The notes under the pieces are model-generated. The model saw only the letters and a program-made list of their open reading frames with translations, did not search any database and was not told the DNA's origin. Made by a program: the position numbers and the translations under genes. From NCBI RefSeq assembly GCF_964204645.1, contig NC_134033.1, positions 4,798,231-4,862,230 of the forward strand: a DNA stretch of 64,000 bases, read 5' to 3'. Within the stretch, counting starts at the first letter, position 1; every line of letters starts with the position of its first letter. Origin of the DNA: Tubulanus polymorphus (lineage: Eukaryota > Animalia > Nemertea). This document shows, piece after piece, positions 61,206 to 64,000 of this stretch.

Positions 61206-62252
61206 TTAAGGAGTAAAGCGATGCTTCAGGAATCCTACGACTCAGTTTGTGCTATGGCGAATCTAACTAGTTATCAATCCGAAGCCTGTAGATCCTGCAG
61301 CTCTCAGACCATCTAGTGACGTCACAAGTATTCGGAACTTCACCCGAGACATTTTTGATATAAGATTAACTATACTGTACGTGCGTTATTTTAAACAAAC
61401 TTTCAAAACATGATCCTTCACATTGATCCTTGGAACGGTCTAACCAGCGGTAGAGTGTGAACGCACCCGGTTGAATATTTTGAAGGTGGTTCTCCCAGAC
61501 TGCAGATTGAACTGAATTAGAATGAAACGATTGAATTTGATCGAATGTCTAATTATAACGTGAAAGACTAAATCGGTTCATATTCGAAACTGGGATGTCG
61601 AATACATACCAGAATGGCATTGATCAGTCTGAGAGCGGCTTTAGCGTAGTCCAGAATTCAACGATCATTAGTCCGATCTCTGGACAGTATCAACCTACGT
61701 GCATATGGATACTCAGAAAAATCATTCAACACTAGATTATAACAGACGGGATCATCAGAACTCCCTCTCCAGGGATTAACTATTGAAAGGCCCGTAGCGT
61801 ACGAAGGTTTCCGATCCGCGCAAAAAATGGGCCTACACCGAGAGTTGAAACTTACAACTATATTAACATGATACATATCGTTATGAAACCACTGCTGCTA
61901 CACTAACAGATGGTTTTTTGTAAAACTAGGTTTATAAAATCAAAGGCTTTTGTACCGTTGAAGATATCAATGATATACATCTTTTCACGTTTATATATTT
62001 CGTCTCTAAAACGCTTGAATTCATCCATTGTGTAAAACTAAACTTGAGTCGTCTACACGTGTTACAGTTGTTTGATGATTTTTACGCGCGTTGCGATGAA
62101 GAAAATACTCGGTACCACCGAATCAATAACGAATAGCGAATAGCGTATGACGATTAACGAATAGCGAATAACGTTTAGCGATTGACGAACAGCGTGGCGG
62201 TCCAGGAATTCCGAACGGTTGAGGTTTTCAAAAAGAGAGAGATCGTGAAAAT
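61206..62252 (+). repeat. ~1-kb dispersed repeat, copy 2
   Basis: Matches 3308-4283, with an extra ~50 bp near 61910-61956. Confidence 0.9.
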
Positions 62253-62342
62253 ATATACATACAAGCATTCATAGAATGTGTGCATTTTACGTGACGCATT
62301 GGTAGGTGTTCCATTTCATAGATTACAGGTTTCTCTCTCACG

Positions 62343-63411
62343 ATGAATTTCAGTTCGCAGACGACTTCACTACTCTTTACAACTACTAGAAATCCCTGCT
62401 CACCTTACTTATTCCAAAACGTATTGTCAATCAGCGTAAAACTAGCTGGAGGTTTTCCTATCAGTATCGTCGGAATAATTTTGAATAGTTTCAGCATTGT
62501 GATTTTACGTCGCCAAACTTCAAATCACATATGGCTCTACATTCTGCGATGTCTGGCAGTGGCTGACATAATCTTTCTTACATTTCACATAATTCAAGAG
62601 CCTTTTCGTTTCATTGTCTCCGGTTTGACCCAGGGTAGTCATATGTTCGTGATTCCTACGAGTATGAGTTGGGGTATTCGGCCATGGATCTATCGGGTAG
62701 CTTGGTTACCGAGAAACTCAGCGCAAGTGACAAGGAACTGGATAACTGTACTACTAGTTTTAGAAAGGTCTTTTTCTATCGCTAGGCCATTCTTCGCTAG
62801 AACTCATTTCACAATACCAAGGGTAAGAATTGTAGTTTGTTGTTTCTATATTATTTTTGGTATCTTAGGCTCTCCATTGATTATCGGTACTACAGTAGGT
62901 ATCTGGTTTTATGACGAATGTAATAAAGTCGTCATGAAATCCATCCGCCTGAGCAAGCGATCCCATACGAAGATACTTTCTCATTGAAATATTTACGTCG
63001 ATTGATCACTTTCCTAGTCCTTTGTATAAAGAAATCCTACCTGCTTTATTGCTAATAATTTTCAACAGCCATCTGATATGGACTCTGAAAAAGATTAGTT
63101 CCAGGAGAAAAGAAATGACACACGAAGGCGAACAAAGGCTAGACGTGAAAGCTATCAGGATAGCTGTACCTATTGTTATTTTGTTTGTCGTCTGCGAAAT
63201 CCCTGCTTCGTTCCGATCTTATAACAGTTTCATCGGTCGCTTCGTCAAAATGCCACCTATTAAATACTCTCACACCATCTATACCCTTCAAGAACTGTTT
63301 ACCGATCTTTTACCGACCTTGAACTCGTCTGTAAATTTCTTTATCTATTACATAGCAAACGATAATTTTAGAGGAACTGCAATAAAATTGTTGAGAAGGC
63401 GGCCAATTTAA
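62343..63411 (+). pseudogene. Single-exon FMRFamide-receptor-like GPCR with one frameshift (about 62940-63020)
   Basis: TM1 GIILNSFS, TM2 LAVAD and TM3 RNWITVLLVLER; in a second frame, TM6 FVVCEIP and TM7 LNSSVNFFIYY..NDNFR. Confidence 0.85.
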
Positions 63412-64000
63412 ACTCAGTCGAGCGAAACAGATATATTTTGGATCCGTCCAGGCTTTTTTAGATTTCAGAGCCCTATCCCCTACGCCACATTTGACGAGGA
63501 TTTAAAATGTGTGATTGCCGTTTAATCACTAAACCAGTTAATTACAAAGATGGAACAGAATTTGAAAAAATCACTCTGGATACTTAATCTTCCGCTGGGG
63601 ATATATTTCTTCATTATCCATTCAATGTGGGGAATCAATTTTGGCCTTTATTGTCTTATGATTTCTATGTAAAGTTAGATACATTTCCAGTGTAGAGACC
63701 CTCCTAAAACCAATATCTGTTATGAAGCTAATAGGTATCTCTACCAGAAAATGTTAGTTATAAAAAGTTTGGACCTACGGGTGCAAGGTAGGGGGGTCCT
63801 ACCCCCCAAAACCTGAGGTCAAGTTGAGGTCACGCAACCAAAAACGTCTTTGTATTGCACTTTAGAAGCCAGAATCTTATACAAATAAAATAGTAAATAG
63901 CTATTTTCTTTCATAATATCATAGGACAACGAGAAAACCATCCAGGGCAGTCGTTTTATTCTTTGGGGGGTCAGAAATTTCAAAAAATCCTCAGGGTCTC

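Overview
This is AT-rich eukaryotic genomic DNA from an invertebrate animal, probably a marine lophotrochozoan (inferred from gene content). The main feature is a full-length but decayed 17.9-kb Polinton/Maverick (adintovirus-like) element at 31861-49750, with AG...CT termini, terminal inverted repeats (TIRs) and a perfect 6-bp GGCACC target-site duplication (TSD). It encodes a protein-primed DNA polymerase B (pPolB), a zinc-finger/VLTF3-like protein, penton, major capsid protein, RVE integrase with chromodomain, A32-like ATPase and several membrane proteins. The pPolB carries a ~355-aa giant-virus-type intein with a LAGLIDADG endonuclease inserted in catalytic motif C (YFD|TDS), plus an HNH insertion and a vOTU-like domain. 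Almost every gene starts with a poxvirus-late-promoter-like T-run...TAAATG signal, which together suggests a virophage-like link to a large cytoplasmic DNA virus (inference). The element lies inside the intron that splits the NYN RNase domain of a short MARF1/limkain-b1-like host gene. The rest of the window holds FMRFamide-receptor-like GPCR genes and pseudogenes, a mosaic of gene fragments (TBP, LGR, GPCR), a C-type lectin exon, a BEL/Pao fragment, a second Polinton fragment, an orphan ORF with a phage-like glycine-zipper tail, MITEs and satellites.
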